From: Octopus sinensis
Lineage: Eukaryota
Direction: 5' to 3'
Assembly: GCF_006345805.1 (NCBI RefSeq)
Contig: NC_043015.1
Span: 9,548,001 to 9,612,000 of the forward strand
DNA: 64,000 bases
Position numbers and translations under genes: made by a program. The notes beneath the pieces were generated by a model. That model ran no database searches. It had not been told where the DNA came from and was given only the letters and a program-made list of their open reading frames with translations. Shown here piece by piece: positions 11,290 to 26,092 of the stretch (within the stretch, counting starts at the first letter, position 1; each line of letters begins with the position of its first letter).

Positions 11290-11630
11290 AAGGGTAAAGA
11301 CCCTCTTCGGTCAGGCACTGACCATGGGTTTGCACCTAGAGAGTTACCCTCCCAGGCACAAGTCTGGGCAAGGTTGTTTTATGGAAGACCAGCAGTCGCC
11401 CATGCATACCAGCCTCCCCTCTCCACGCCACCAGTGTTATCCAAGGGAAAGACAAAGGTCGATACAGCTTGGCACCTGTGACGTCGCAACTCATTTCTAC
11501 AGCTGAGTGAACTGGAGCAACGTGAAATAAAGTGCCTTGCTCAAGAACACAACACGCAGCCCCGTCCGGGATTCGAGCTCACAACCTCACGATCGTAAGC
11601 TCGACGCTGTAACCACTGAGCCATGCGCCT
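11290..11630 (-). mobile_element. tRNA-derived SINE family D
   Basis: Minus strand starts AGGCGCATGGCTCAGTGGTTACAGCG...GAGCTCGAATCCCGG (A/B boxes), followed by a GC-rich body. Confidence 0.85.
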
Positions 11631-13399
11631 AATATACATATTAGGTATGTATATAAATTTTGTACGAATTTTATCTTCAATTATCCCACTCATTTTTCTT
11701 CCGTTTCCTCGCTCAGTCTCTCTCACATTGCTTGGCCCTCTCTTTCTTTAACTCGCACTATTTCCCACTCGTTTATCTCCCGTTGTCTCTGCTTTTTTTC
11801 CAATCCTTCAATCCCGCAGCCCCCTACCTATCTCTCATCCTTCCACGTGATCAGTGTCCGACCACCCATGATATTTCTATTCCTGGCGTGGCATCTGACC
11901 GCCTACACCTTTTATGACTATATTTTATGTTCCTCCCTTTAAGCTTTCCCTTGATAGACGCCAGCTCAATTTGATTTGTTCTCAGTCCAATATATACTAA
12001 ATAGTAGTAAAAAACGACGCGCGTTTCGTGGCTATATTTTCAAATAAATAATAATAATAAAATCATTTCGATTTAAAATTAAATCGATATAATATGAATT
12101 GTATTTAAAAATATAGTTACTCATCTGGTCTAAAATGATAAATTATAATGAAATGATAATAGAATAAATGTACTTATCTTAACATGCTAATTATCAAATA
12201 AGTATCTAAAATACGTGTATTAATTATAAATAATCGAAAAGCATTTCTTAAAATTAAAATATTACTTATCAAATGATTTTCTTTAACTAAAAATTTAAAC
12301 GTAATACGTATAACTTAGTATTTATAAGAAATATATTTCGTGAAAATAGGGCGTAAAAGCAAACTTGTATAACGTATTGATATTGTACGCCTGCTTAAAG
12401 ATTTCTTCATCCACAAACATTGCTTTTCACCCAACATTCGTTCGCTTTCGGTTTCAGTTAAGTGATATCCTACCACATATTAGATTGTGTTCAGCACTCA
12501 CAGCCTTTATTACTTACACTACAACCATTCCATTCCAATATGCATCTTGTAATTCTTAACCTGTCAGTCTGAATTTCCATAATATAAGCCCTTCTCTTAG
12601 CCCTTCCTGAATCATTTATAGGTCCTTTAATAAACGTATACGTACATAAAAAAATGACATGTTCATATTCATATTTACAACTAAATATGTGTGAGGCATA
12701 TGGACTCTATAAACACGATGCGGGGAAATATTGAATGCATTCCATTCAAACAGAACATGCAGTTCTACATTTAGGCATCGAATAATTAATGTAGATATTG
12801 CTTTGTGAACAGACCAGATCAATTTAATGATAATTTTTTTTTATGTTAGAAAGGCAAGATTATTTACTGAATTTGCTGCGTATGTATCACGTTAATGCTA
12901 GATGAATGAGTGATGGTAGAGAATGTATATGTGCAATAAGCATAACTGAACAGATCAAGTGTATACTGTGAGAAACTATCTGAAACTGGACAAATAATTT
13001 GCATTTTACCATCATTTATGACAACATAAAATATCTGGATGAATAAATGAATGAATGATACTTTAGTGAATACAACCTGATGAATACAAGAATGTGCTTC
13101 AATCGTGGGCTAAACTAAGATTTATATACACCCAAGTAAGTATATGACTGCATATTCACATGTATATCAATCTTTATATAGCTATATATGAAGGCGAGCA
13201 GTCCTGTTGCAGGATTCAAAAGACATGTCAAACGAATTCATACCCTGGCATCGGTTCCTTCTGCCAGTAAAGCACAACTCTGCATTATGCACTAAAATGT
13301 GCAATTATATATATATAGAAACAGCTGTAAGACCTATCTATAAATGTTTTAATATCTATACAGCCTTGTTTTTTTATCTTATTACGCAAAAGATTCTTA

Positions 13400-13464
<65 letters not shown>

Positions 13465-14269
13465 TATATATACATATATTCGCTCCATATGAGCTCCAAA
13501 CACAATCTCTCTTCAACTAATTCCTAACAACAGCGTTGTCTTTTGTATCGCCAGTGGATGAGGTTTACAAAATCACAGGAATTTGAAATCATTTTTGTAA
13601 CTACCTAAACCTCCGTAAGTTGAAAAATTAGTCGTTTTTATTGTGCTAGTGAAGTGTCAAATCGAAAGGTATCAATTCATATTTATAAGTCTCATGCAGA
13701 GCAAAATTATGCTAGAAAGTGTAAAACTCATTTGAATAGGTTTATAACAAGCCCGAAGGTATACGATTAATTACAAATCTTAAAATCTTCTAGATGTTGA
13801 ACAACCAAGAATAGGAACCTTCCACATGAACAAAAGGATAAGGAGCCTGAACTAAGGTCTGCTGGGTAGTTTGGAATGACAGTTAAATGCATTTCAAATA
13901 CTTCAGCCTGGGTTTTCCGTGCTTAAGTGGTAGGGGAATAATGAACATCTAATCATAATATTTCCTGTTAAAATTCAGCTGAATTTGTAAGTGTGGAGGA
14001 TTTTGTTTATAGTATAACTTGTATTATATGCTTTAAAAGTATATGAAAAATGTCGCTTTGAAGGTTTTTGTTGAATACGATTTAAATGTTTTGCCGACCT
14101 TGTTACATTGTGGTTGCCATAAAGTCATTACATGAAAATTAAGCACCGGAACCATAGTTTTCTAGCCTAATTTGTGACTTATGGAACAAATATTCTGTAA
14201 TTTATTTATATTCATATATTAAAGATATTTGTTAATCTACATCATTAACTGGTTGTTATATCATTGCTG

Positions 14270-17200
14270 CTACTTACATTCAGAAGAGGTTTGAACATTT
14301 TAATAAATTGTTTTTCTTTCATCTTTCCTCTAACTTCACTTCTGTCATGTAGTTTGTGGAAAGACAAAAAATACAGGAAAACAGACAAGAAATATTTTCT
14401 GACCACATGTTTCTGTATGTTCGCTGAATGGAATTTGACGAAAATTAGTACTTCAGATTTGTTGTCTGTGGTCGCGTGAGCCTTTCGGTTAATGCATTCC
14501 TTGTCTCACTAATATATTATTCCTCGCAATTCGGGCATCTATTGCTGGAGATCGCAGACTTGCTTTTGCTATTCATATCTGCATTTGTTAAAAATCTCTC
14601 CATTTCTTGTTCTAATGCATCTACCAGTATGCGTATACTGACACGTTCCACATCTGTTATCATTTTACTTGTATGATGTGGATGTTTTTTTCCTGTTTAT
14701 GCATATTAAATTGTGCCATTGTAATAGAATATTTACGTCATGTGGTTGCCTTTTGCTTACGATAAGTGTTTGATTAGTCATCGTATTATTTCATTTTTCA
14801 CTTTGTTTTATGATGGGTAAATTTGTTTCGATGATGTTAAAAATATTTTGGCGATGTCGGTTGTGTGTTACTAAAAATGGTATTGTGTTCCGATGAGTTC
14901 GTCTTTCACTTGTTGCCCTAAATAGTTCTATATGTATCTCTTTTGCTCATGGTATGCTATTTTGTATAAGTAGGAGGGGATAATTTTGCTTTAGCAGAAA
15001 TCCTTTGAGTTCTATAAGTCGTATGTACTTAGTATTTCGATCAACTACTATAGTACAAATTTTCTTGGTTAGACAGTACCGGGTGTTGCGTTTTGTGTAT
15101 TCGTTGGCATGATTTGAAATTTAGGTATTGGCGTGTATCAGTGCTTTTGTAGTAAATATCAGTTGTGATTGTGGTGTTGTTTGTAATTACCATTATATCA
15201 AGGTATGGTAATAGTATGTTGCTCATTTCTCTTGTGAATTTGAGAATAGGAGGCAGATTGTTGAGGAGGGTACTGAATTCTTCCAGATTTTCTAGGGATT
15301 TGGTCCAAATTAGGAAACACTCATCGAGGTATCTTTTTCACGCGTCCCCTATATGTTTTTAAAGGTCGTGTCGTTGTTTTCTTTAATATTTATATATATG
15401 GTGTTCAAAGTATCCCCATACAGAGTTTATGACTAGAGCAAATCGCGTCCCCATAGCTGGGCCTTGAATTTGGAGGTTGTTTTTCGACCGTTGAAAAGCG
15501 ATATATTATTTTCGAGGATGAGGCTAACCGTATCTAGTATGAAGGTTACAGTAAATCTACGGGGGATCGATTCTCTGTGCTTACCAACCCAATAGTTTAT
15601 GGCAGTAATTCCCAAATCATGCGGAATGTTCGTATATATGTTTGTTACATCAATACTAACAATGAATTGGGTTCTGTTGTTTTGGGCAGATGCGACAGGA
15701 AATTGACGTCATCCCGAATGAAACTAGGTATCTGATTGCATAGGTGTTTTAGGATATTGTCAATGAGGTAACTCAGTCGATGTGTAGGACAGGCTTGAGC
15801 AGCTATAATAGGTCTTAGTTTAAGGTCTTTTAGTTGTAGTAGTTTCATATATTCACTTACTTGTTCCTTCAGAGTGTTTTGTATTTCTTTTGACTGATGT
15901 ATTTTAGGTAAGCCATATAAGTTGCTAGATTTTGACTCGAAATTGGTAATATAGTCCCTTTCATTATAAGTGAGGAATTATAATATTCTGAGACTAAATA
16001 ATTGAGTTTCTTTATGATGCGGTGGTCAATATTCGATGGTATTTCGTGGTAGAACGGTGTATCCTTCAAATAATATTCGGCTAGATCTCGGTAAGATACC
16101 GTATCCATTATAGCAATGACACCACCTTTATCTGCTTGTTTCATGACAATTGTGTTGTCGTTCTGAAGACGTATAAGGTCATACTTTTCAAGTTTTGAAT
16201 TGTTTGGCATCACGTTGATGTTATGCCTCAGGGAAACTCTGGAGAAGATATTAATAAAATGATCTTGATGTGTATTTCGTCCTTTTGGCAGGTTAAATTT
16301 TGATCTATGTTTCGCCTAGGTTCGGTTTGGTCATTGTATGTTTCAAAACCTCCACAACTCGTATCTTTCTCCGATTCCTCATGGTTAACTGTAGGTGTGG
16401 GTGCGAAGTTTACTGCTTTCATCTAAAACGAAATTCGTAAATCTCTATATTTCTTTCTGAAATTTTTAATAATTTCAGAGTCTACCCTATAAATTGTTTC
16501 ACAGATGTTTCTTCTAGGACGTTTTCTCTTTCCGGTGTTTGTTGTCTTGACCCTAAAAAATGGATTCCTTTTTATATATTATTTCTTCTATTATCAACCT
16601 ATTTTTCTAGTGTGTTTTGTATTTTCGTTGTGGTATTTGGTTAGCTATGTTTTTCTCTCTCGTTCCTAGGTATGAGGATATTAGCTATATTTTCAGTTTG
16701 TGAAAATAATTTTGCGGGGTTTGTCTGACGGTCTAGTACGGGTTGGTTTTTTGTTCCGTATCTAATAGGCGATTTTCGTAGAGGTCTTGAATGTGATTTC
16801 CTCCCGGTTTTCTTCCTCTAATATAGTGTCTTGTTTATATACGTGTTGATCAAAGGAATATTTGTTTTGTTTGTGGTATTCTTGTATGTTACGTGCATTA
16901 GTATATTTCTTTTCAATTTTAAATAATAAAAAGGTCTTATCGTAGTTCCTTGTGGCTGACTGTCTTTGTCGTCTTACCACCTGTTTTCGTGTATGTTGTG
17001 TTCGCTAGGTTGCTTATTTATTTTCTTTTACGTACTACTGGGATATCGTTATCGAGGTTCTCGACGCATTTATTAAGAAACAAGTGTTTGTTTTGCCATA
17101 AATGTCTTGATTTACGTTTTTTGTAATATCTTTAATCCACATTTCTTTCATTTTCCCAACTATGTTCCCCGTACATATTTTACATATCACCTCGATAATT

Positions 17201-17330
17201 TCATTGTCAGAAGTTTCGTGTTTTGTCTTGAATCGAGACTCTTTACTTGGATTGATAGAGTTGTCTGCCTTCAATTTTGACATAGTCAGAGCCCATCTTA
17301 GTTTTGTTTCTTCCTCCGGTTCTCCTATAA
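14270..17330 (-). mobile_element. Near-full-length degenerate Penelope-like retroelement (RT + GIY-YIG)
   Basis: Minus-strand fragments in the expected order: IVMKQADKGGVIAIMD (15869..16213), LRPIIAAQACPTHRLSYLID (15645..15848), LLPYLDI...TDIYYKSTDTRQYLNFKS (15041..15226), then CPNCEE.YISET...L..RL and FIKMFKPLLN near 14280-14540. Confidence 0.85.
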
Positions 17331-17419
17331 TTTATTTAATTAAGTATTCACGGGAAAATATAAGTACGTCTGACTTAATCCAATCTGTGTACGTCTCAGC
17401 TTATTTCTTACATTTGTAT

Positions 17420-17905
<486 letters not shown>

Positions 17906-17939
17906 ATGTATATTAAGATGATTTTTCCATCTCGTCCAA

Positions 17940-18260
17940 ATTTGTTTTCTTTTTCGATAGGTTTCGTTTTCTAAATTTGTTTCGTTAAGTCTTTATATCT
18001 ATGCTGGGTGTGTTAGGTATTCTGTGAGACTTTTTACGAATTCTGATAGGGTCTCAGATAAATCCTTGATTTCTGAAAGTATATTTATACATATGTTATT
18101 CTTATCTATCGATTGATTCTCCAGTTCATGTAGGATAGTGGTTTATGTTTCCATTATTGAGATGTGTTGATAATCCCCATATCTCTTTAAAGATCGTGTC
18201 AGATTCTGGGGTTTCCGTTCGTTATTTACCAGTTATATTTACTTATATCAATATGAATAT
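17940..18260 (-). mobile_element. Possible additional PLE fragment
   Basis: Minus frame contains RKPQNLTRSL, similar to the R-QP-NL motif preceding PLE GIY-YIG domains; otherwise decayed. Confidence 0.3.
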
Positions 18261-18825
18261 ATTTTTTCCGAAATTGTGTAAATGTGTATAGAATAATATA
18301 TCAGTCAAATAAAGTTAAAACAGGGGCTAGTCTTCCCGTTTTTTATTATTGTATTTTATATATTGTTGAAGTGCATTGAACATTAGAATGCTATTTTGTA
18401 ATGTTCAAAAAGTTCAGTTAACGCTTTCATACGTTCGTAGTTTCCGGGTATCGTCATCTCTCGCCAATTACCTACGTGCTATTTAGTTAATCCTCACTAA
18501 GCCTTATTAATGCTATTATTACGTTATTTGATAGAGTTCTTTCGTTAAACACTCTGTGACCTCTACAAAGAAGTTATGACCCTTGTGTCTCCTTTTTCTG
18601 TCTGCTCTTGTCCTGTTTATTTCATTGTCTGTGTTATAATATATCCATATCTAGGCATTAGTATTGCTGTGTTTATGTCATCAATATGGGTATGCGCGTC
18701 TTGTGTGCGGGTATATCGGTTTGTTTATTACAATGTGCTCGTGTCATTCATTTATTTACTACTATGTGTTTCCTTGTCTATTTAGCCGCCCGGTTGCGTT
18801 GTGTGACGGAGTTGGTGTAGGTGTA

Positions 18826-18826
18826 G

Positions 18827-18906
<80 letters not shown>

Positions 18907-18911
18907 CAGAC

Positions 18912-18947
<36 letters not shown>

Positions 18948-18965
18948 TGATTGATAGATGGATAT

Positions 18966-19011
<46 letters not shown>

Positions 19012-19035
19012 GGGTGGATGGAGGGATGGATAGAT
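18826..19035. repeat. (GATA)n microsatellite
   Basis: Direct reading; explains the IYLS-repeat ORF 18778..19359. Confidence 0.95.
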
Positions 19036-19934
19036 AGATACGTGTGTGTGAGAGTGTATGTGTGCGCGTTTAACCTTTAACTTGTACGTGATCGAGGCCA
19101 TGTTGCAACAGCACCGTGAAGGATTGAAGTCAAACAAATCACACCCAATACATATTTTTAAGCCATCATTTACAAGTGAGGAAACTATAAATTCAGGAAC
19201 AGAAATGCTCCAACAGCCGTTCATAAGGTGTGACAAGCCACAATCATAGACACAAAAACAGTTATATATATAGCCAGATGATACATAATTACACGTTCTG
19301 ATGCTTTTTGCATCGAAATGCTCTTCCGTGGCTCTCAAAGCGCCTAGTGGTGAAGTCATTTCACCATGTCAGCTTATCAGATTTCCCTTGCGATCATTGG
19401 CAATTGAGTTGTTTTGACTCTTACTTCTAGCAGTACTGGTGCTAATAAGTGCCTTTGTCCACTTAAGTAACGTATATATATTTGCATTTAGTTCGTAAAA
19501 TTGCGAATTGCCCAGCCATATTATTTATAATTTTCCCTTTTACCTTTTTTTAAAATCAGCGTATGATCTCAGTGAAAATCCTATAGGCTGACAAGACAAG
19601 ATGCTGAAGAGTGTTAAGTTGCATTAAGCATCAGAACGCTAGATCATCGATAATCAAGCTGTACCTGCGACCATAGACAGCTTGTCTCACCTGTCAGCTC
19701 ATTAAGATAGTGATGTTGTTGGTTTTTTCTAACAAAACTGTTGCTGATTAGTTCCGTTCATCATTTTAGTGGTGTATATTAATTCACACACACGCCCACA
19801 CACATATATATATGCATTTTCATATACACGGGTAAAACACATTAATATAAAAACTTGATAATGTATATACATATATATGAATGTGTAAGTGTACATATAC
19901 ATGCATATATATACTTATATATACACACATGCAC

Positions 19935-19966
<32 letters not shown>

Positions 19967-20037
19967 ATGTATGCATATATATATACATACATATATATAG
20001 CTACATATATATATTTACTCACGCACACATATATACG

Positions 20038-20069
<32 letters not shown>

Positions 20070-20959
20070 TACAAATACACACATATATATATATATATAT
20101 GTATGTATATATTGCCTCAAATGACATTGGTTCATTAAATATGATTTTATCTTTTCTTAGTATGTTATACACATCTACCTATGAATTATTTTAATTCCCT
20201 GATGTAAAGTTATGTTCAGCGAACCTATTCGATGAACGACATGGTAAATGAAGTGAGATATTGTCTTATGATTGAATCAGAAAATAATGACAACATAGTA
20301 ATTTATTTAGACATATTGCATTAATGCGAACTTGAAAAGCAAATGATATATAAGCAGAAATGTTATTTGTAAAGTATAGGTAAACGGTTGTTTAAATATA
20401 TATCGAATTTTAATACTTATTCCTACAAACCTCTCAGAGTATTTCTCTATCGTCCGTGTTTTATCAAATTCTTTGATATAGTTACTATGAATATTACCAA
20501 ATATAATATTTGACTATGCTTTCTTCGTGGAATTTCTAAGGTAATAAAATTACATCCATGAATTCTTCAGGATACCTAAGACTGTTGAGATTAATAGAAT
20601 ATATTTTTCTATGAAAACCTGTAGGTCAATGAATACAATCAAGCAAGTGAAATATGTTAATTCTAAACAACCAATTTACTGTGGTGGGTGACTGGATTAA
20701 ATGCATGCTTCCGAGCGTGTTACGTGACTAAATGACTGTGACAATATGTGGCGTTAAGAGTTTGTCTGTTGTGCTTACTTCGACTGAAATAATATATTTA
20801 ATAATATAATTAAAATGTTGTTGTCCCATCATGCTCGATAGGTTTCCTATTAAATATAGCGCTGTGATGCAGGTTTGTAATTAAATTGATTGTATTAAGT
20901 GTACAAGAAACATTGTCTAAGTACCAATGGCGTCTAATGAAGAATTTCAATATATTCAG

Positions 20960-20987
20960 AGATTTGAAACATGACAATTCAAAAGAC
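20960..20987 (+). CDS. Candidate 28-nt micro-exon
   Basis: Acceptor tttcaatatattcag, donor GAC|gtaagt; single open frame DLKHDNSKD (phase 2 to 0). Confidence 0.3.
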
Positions 20988-23182
20988 GTAAGTAAATTGA
21001 ATTTCACTTTATAAGAATTCCTATACGGATATACGTCAAGTTTTCCAATCTCATAACAACATTTCTAATCAGTTTCTTGCCTATTGCTACTTAATTGCAT
21101 TTCTAAAACCAAACAGTGGAATATTACATGTAGATGCTAAATCTGACATTTAAGTATCTCTAGATAGTTGCCTCGTGTGTATTGCATGCGTGAACACAAG
21201 GGACAATGTTATATTCGCGCATTTTCATACACGAAACTATGAAAAATAATGACTGAGAGAAGACAGATGAATAGTATTTCCACAGTTGTGCGAACTGGTT
21301 GGTATAGGGGTCCAAACGTTGAAACTTATAATTTTAAATACACGAACACTTAAGGTAACACATATATATCTATACAATTAAAGAGATATATTAGGGTGGT
21401 CAAATCTAGACCACCGTTGAACAGCAAGTTTTTTTCCATAATGACTGCGAAATAAAAGTAAAATGTAGGGTACCGTTCACAATTATAGAAATATTTACAT
21501 AACGTCTCAGGAAGCGATGTATGAAGATACATCGAAATTAATTCGTATTGCTTCTTCAGCATTTTAACTTGATGTATGAATAGGGACAATTTATCAGCTC
21601 TTATATTACGGAAGGATTTTATCGTCTAAATATGTTCACTGCGTTACTTATATATTTCTTTAGTGTGGAAACCATTTCTTTCCTTAAAATATACAAATGG
21701 GACTCACTGCAAACCTTTGAATACTTGGCAAAGTTAAAGCATACTGATTTAAAACAACGTTTTTAGTTATTCATTTTAAAAAAAAGTCTGTATCGCATAC
21801 CACTGTTCGGTATTTTTATCGGCTTTATTTTTTAATATTTCTATCATTTAGACAAACAGTGTACTCGTTTGTAAATGGTACAAATCTTGTATTTGAATGT
21901 TTTTAATACAGGGGGAAATGTATATTATCCGACGAATGAATGAGTATTTAAAAAAATCTCCAGGAGTCTTCAATTCATTTTCCTTGGGAAACCAATCGCA
22001 AAGTAGTCATTAGTACGTGTTTGCCAGTGGATACTGAGTATCATCTGTTAGAATTATTTGCTCTGGCCTCAACATTTGACGATTATTCTACGCAAAATTA
22101 ATGACTTACCTCACATTTTCTTGCAGCTTAATCACATCTTCACTCAGGAACTGATATGCAGTTACTCGGTCAAAGTTTCGATAAGCATTTCAGAGTTTCG
22201 ATTTCCAAAAGAATGGCGGGCCGCCTTGTCTGCAAAGTCATGTTAACGATATTACTAGTAAATAAAATGGTGAAATTCAAAGATGGAGAGAATCGAAATA
22301 CCTTATGAAATAGGGCATATAATGCATGCTGTTTGACATCCTTCTTATTCAAATCGGACTTGGCGTCATACGACTTTATCCAGTACACTCGACGTCCGAA
22401 TTCCCTCGATTGGAATTGAATTAAAATTTGATATTTTCTAATCTATCTAGGCGGTTGATATCAAAGATAATATGCGACTATTGATAGCCCAAGTTTGACA
22501 GAATCTGTTGCCTCACCTAGACCACAGAAGCAGATATTTAATGCTTTTAATCTTTAAGAGTATATTATTTTACTCTATTTTCCCATTAGCAATTTTTTCC
22601 AAACTGATAAAATGTTTTCCCATAACAGTCGTCGAATTGCAAACTTACAACCTGTGAGCTAAAGTACTGCATCATCAGTTATTGACTAATAATTTACCAC
22701 TCCTCACTGGCTATTGTCTACAATATATTTCCCTTTAGGGAAAAACATAGAAATAAAATTGGCAACCGGATACGATTGCCGTTGTCAATCAGATGAAAAT
22801 ATTTATCCTAAAAAAATATGACCGGATACTGAGTTCAAGTACTTGTCCTGAAGCATTTTGTAATTACTGGTACACATCACTTAATGCTATCAGCAACTAA
22901 ATGCTATTATAATATGTAATTCACTAACAAATTAAAAAATACATTAAGGAATATATTTTTTTTCGGTGGACTGGAAACAGGATTATAAATATAACTTAAA
23001 TAGTATATGTAATATGACAAAATGAACTCAAAATAGTATGAATTGAAGTGGAATATAACAGTGTTTAATTGTTAGGACGAGGTTTAGAACCGGCGAGATC
23101 GGATTCAGATTATTTTAATCTTTCAGTTGTTATATTTCTCATAAACTCTTGTATTGGAGACAAGTAAAGTGGAGCTTCGCTG

Positions 23183-23254
<72 letters not shown>

Positions 23255-23268
23255 TGTATGTATAGGTA

Positions 23269-23318
<50 letters not shown>

Positions 23319-23362
23319 GCATGTATGTATATGTATATATATATATATTTATGTATGTATAT

Positions 23363-23754
23363 GAATGGGAATGGAAGCACTCCGTCGGTTACGACGACGA
23401 GGGTTCCGGTTGATCCGAATCAACGGAACAGCCTGCTCGTGAAATTAACGTGTAAGTGGCTGAGCACTCCACAGACACGTGTACCCTTAACGTAGTTCTC
23501 GGGGATATTCAGCGTGACACAGAGAGTGACGAGGCCGGCCCTTTGAAATACAGGTACAACAGAAACAGGAAGTAAGAGTGAGAGAAAGTTGTGGCGAAAA
23601 AGTACAGCAGGGATCACCACCATCCCCTGCCGGAGCCTCGTGGAGCTTTAGGTGTTTTCGCTCAATAAACACTCACAACGCCCGGTCTGAGAATCGAAAC
23701 CGTGATCATATGACCGCGAGTCCGCTGCCCTAACCACTGGGCCATTGCGCCTCC
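23363..23754 (-). mobile_element. tRNA-derived SINE family A (long-tail variant)
   Basis: A/B-box head at the right end; same sequence as 24026-24417. Confidence 0.95.
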
Positions 23755-23940
23755 TCATATATGTATATATGTAGGTATATAATATATATATATATATATA
23801 TATAGTATATATGTATGTATGTATGTATATGTATATATGTATGTATATATATATATATATATAGTATATGTTATATGTAGGTATATATATATATATATAA
23901 TATTATATATATATATTATATATATGTATATGTATATATG

Positions 23941-23986
<46 letters not shown>

Positions 23987-24025
23987 TGTATGTATATGTA
24001 TATATATATATTTATGTATGTATAT

Positions 24026-24417
24026 GAATGGGAATGGAAGCACTCCGTCGGTTACGACGACGAGGGTTCCGGTTGATCCGAATCAACGGAACAGCCTGCT
24101 CGTGAAATTAACGTGTAAGTGGCTGAGCACTCCACAGACACGTGTACCCTTAACGTAGTTCTCGGGGATATTCAGCGTGACACAGAGAGTGACGAGGCCG
24201 GCCCTTTGAAATACAGGTACAACAGAAACAGGAAGTAAGAGTGAGAGAAAGTTGTGGCGAAAAAGTACAGCAGGGATCACCACCATCCCCTGCCGGAGCC
24301 TCGTGGAGCTTTAGGTGTTTTCGCTCAATAAACACTCACAACGCCCGGTCTGAGAATCGAAACCGTGATCATATGACCGCGAGTCCGCTGCCCTAACCAC
24401 TGGGCCATTGCGCCTCC
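24026..24417 (-). mobile_element. tRNA-derived SINE family A, tandem duplicate
   Basis: Offset 663 bp from the previous copy; the ORF track gives identical translations (23420..23623 = 24083..24286). Confidence 0.95.
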
Positions 24418-24455
24418 TCATATATGTATATATGTAGGTATATATATATATATAT

Positions 24456-24486
<31 letters not shown>

Positions 24487-24543
24487 GTATATGTATATAT
24501 GTATGTATATATATATATAATATATATGTATATGTATATATGT

Positions 24544-24581
<38 letters not shown>

Positions 24582-24589
24582 GTATATAT

Positions 24590-24622
<33 letters not shown>

Positions 24623-24627
24623 GTACG

Positions 24628-24691
<64 letters not shown>

Positions 24692-24741
24692 ATTATATAT
24701 ATATATATATATCTATATATATATATATGTATATATGTAGG

Positions 24742-24774
<33 letters not shown>

Positions 24775-25512
24775 GTTTGATATTGTGACCACAAAGCTTC
24801 TCAACAGTAATTTATTTTTATGAACAGAACCGCGTCGCAATATTTTTACGATTATTTCTGCATTATTTTTTGTATTAAAACGCAAATGAAAAATAATTTG
24901 AATTTGATGTATTTGCTTCTCCCATACTACATCTTTTAAAGGTCTCTTTTTCTTCACTTTTCAGGAAGAAAAAATCACATTGAAATCATTAAACAATTAT
25001 TCTTGTTTCGTTTTCATTATTTGCTCCAGGATATTCTTGACAGGGTAGACTTGACAGATCTGTTTATTTAAAAGAAAAATGTCTTTAAATATTTCAGCTA
25101 GATATTTTGAAGAAATAGTTCGGTGTTTTAATGTCTAAACGGGGGAAGTGAAAACGTGAAGTTTGGGTGTTGAAGCTGAACTATTTAATATAGTAATCTG
25201 TCAATTAACATTAAATTACTAATGTCATATGCTTAAGCGCTTCCGAAAATGAAAAGTAAATAATAATGTGTAGAAAGCAGACACGAAATAATGATAAAAG
25301 GCAAACTAATGTATAGTAACAAAGTGAAAAGAAGGAAAAAGTTTTAGCAGCACTTCTTGAGCTGTCATGGAAATATTTAGCGAAGCGATTAATAAAGGCA
25401 GACGCACAGTAGATACTGGTCTATATTTTTATTTGTGATTTTGTTCCTACTTAGATGAATATTCTTTACAATACACACACACAAACCTGCATACATATGT
25501 GTGTGTGTGCGT

Positions 25513-25555
<43 letters not shown>

Positions 25556-25716
25556 ATATATATATAAATATTAAAATTCCCAGAAACCGCCAACATTTGT
25601 CTTGTATAAGTTTAATGTATGTACTCTATGAAGCAATACTATTCATCCTTCAGTTTGGGACAAAATTATTTTATACATAGCGTGATGTGAAAATAAACAT
25701 ATATATATATATATAT

Positions 25717-25752
<36 letters not shown>

Positions 25753-25870
25753 GACGAAAGCTGCTCTAAATTAATATTAATGATAATTTTCTTACCAAAG
25801 ATTTTCTGAATTACGGAGATGTACTTGCATAGCAAATAATTTGATTTGAGATCGTGTGCTGAAACGAAAA

Positions 25871-26092
25871 CAATTGCAGCGTGGAAGGTGTTTGTAAGCC
25901 ATTTAAGAATCACACAAAAGCCTTTCGATTCACTTCAACATTTAATTTTAATTTGTCAAAATAGTTTCGTCGCTTTAAGACCGCGACAAGTGACGAAAAT
26001 ATTTTGACAAATTAAACTTAAATGTTGAAGTTAATCGAACGGCTTTTGTGTGTTTCTTAAATAGCTTACAAACACCTTCCACGCTGCAATTG
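25871..26092. mobile_element. Fold-back MITE-like element / ~100-bp hairpin
   Basis: Arms 25871-25971 and 25992-26092 are reverse complements with only scattered mismatches; 20-nt loop. Confidence 0.85.

Noticed and set aside
13403-13470. Single TT or AA phase shifts in the middle of many long (AT)n arrays (also ~17690, 23245, 43990, 49985)
   Set aside because: Most simply explained by long-read indel error or slippage in consensus building; no evidence of function.
22110-22388. Minus-strand ORF and a gtaagt donor at 22104-22109
   Set aside because: No convincing acceptor in frame with the donor and no recognisable domain.
23420-24335. Repeated 61-67 aa ORFs suggesting a small gene family (also 50709-50961)
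   Set aside because: They lie entirely within SINE family A copies.
19855-24957. Numerous YI/IY-repeat ORFs up to 179 aa
   Set aside because: Translations of (AT)n and related microsatellites.
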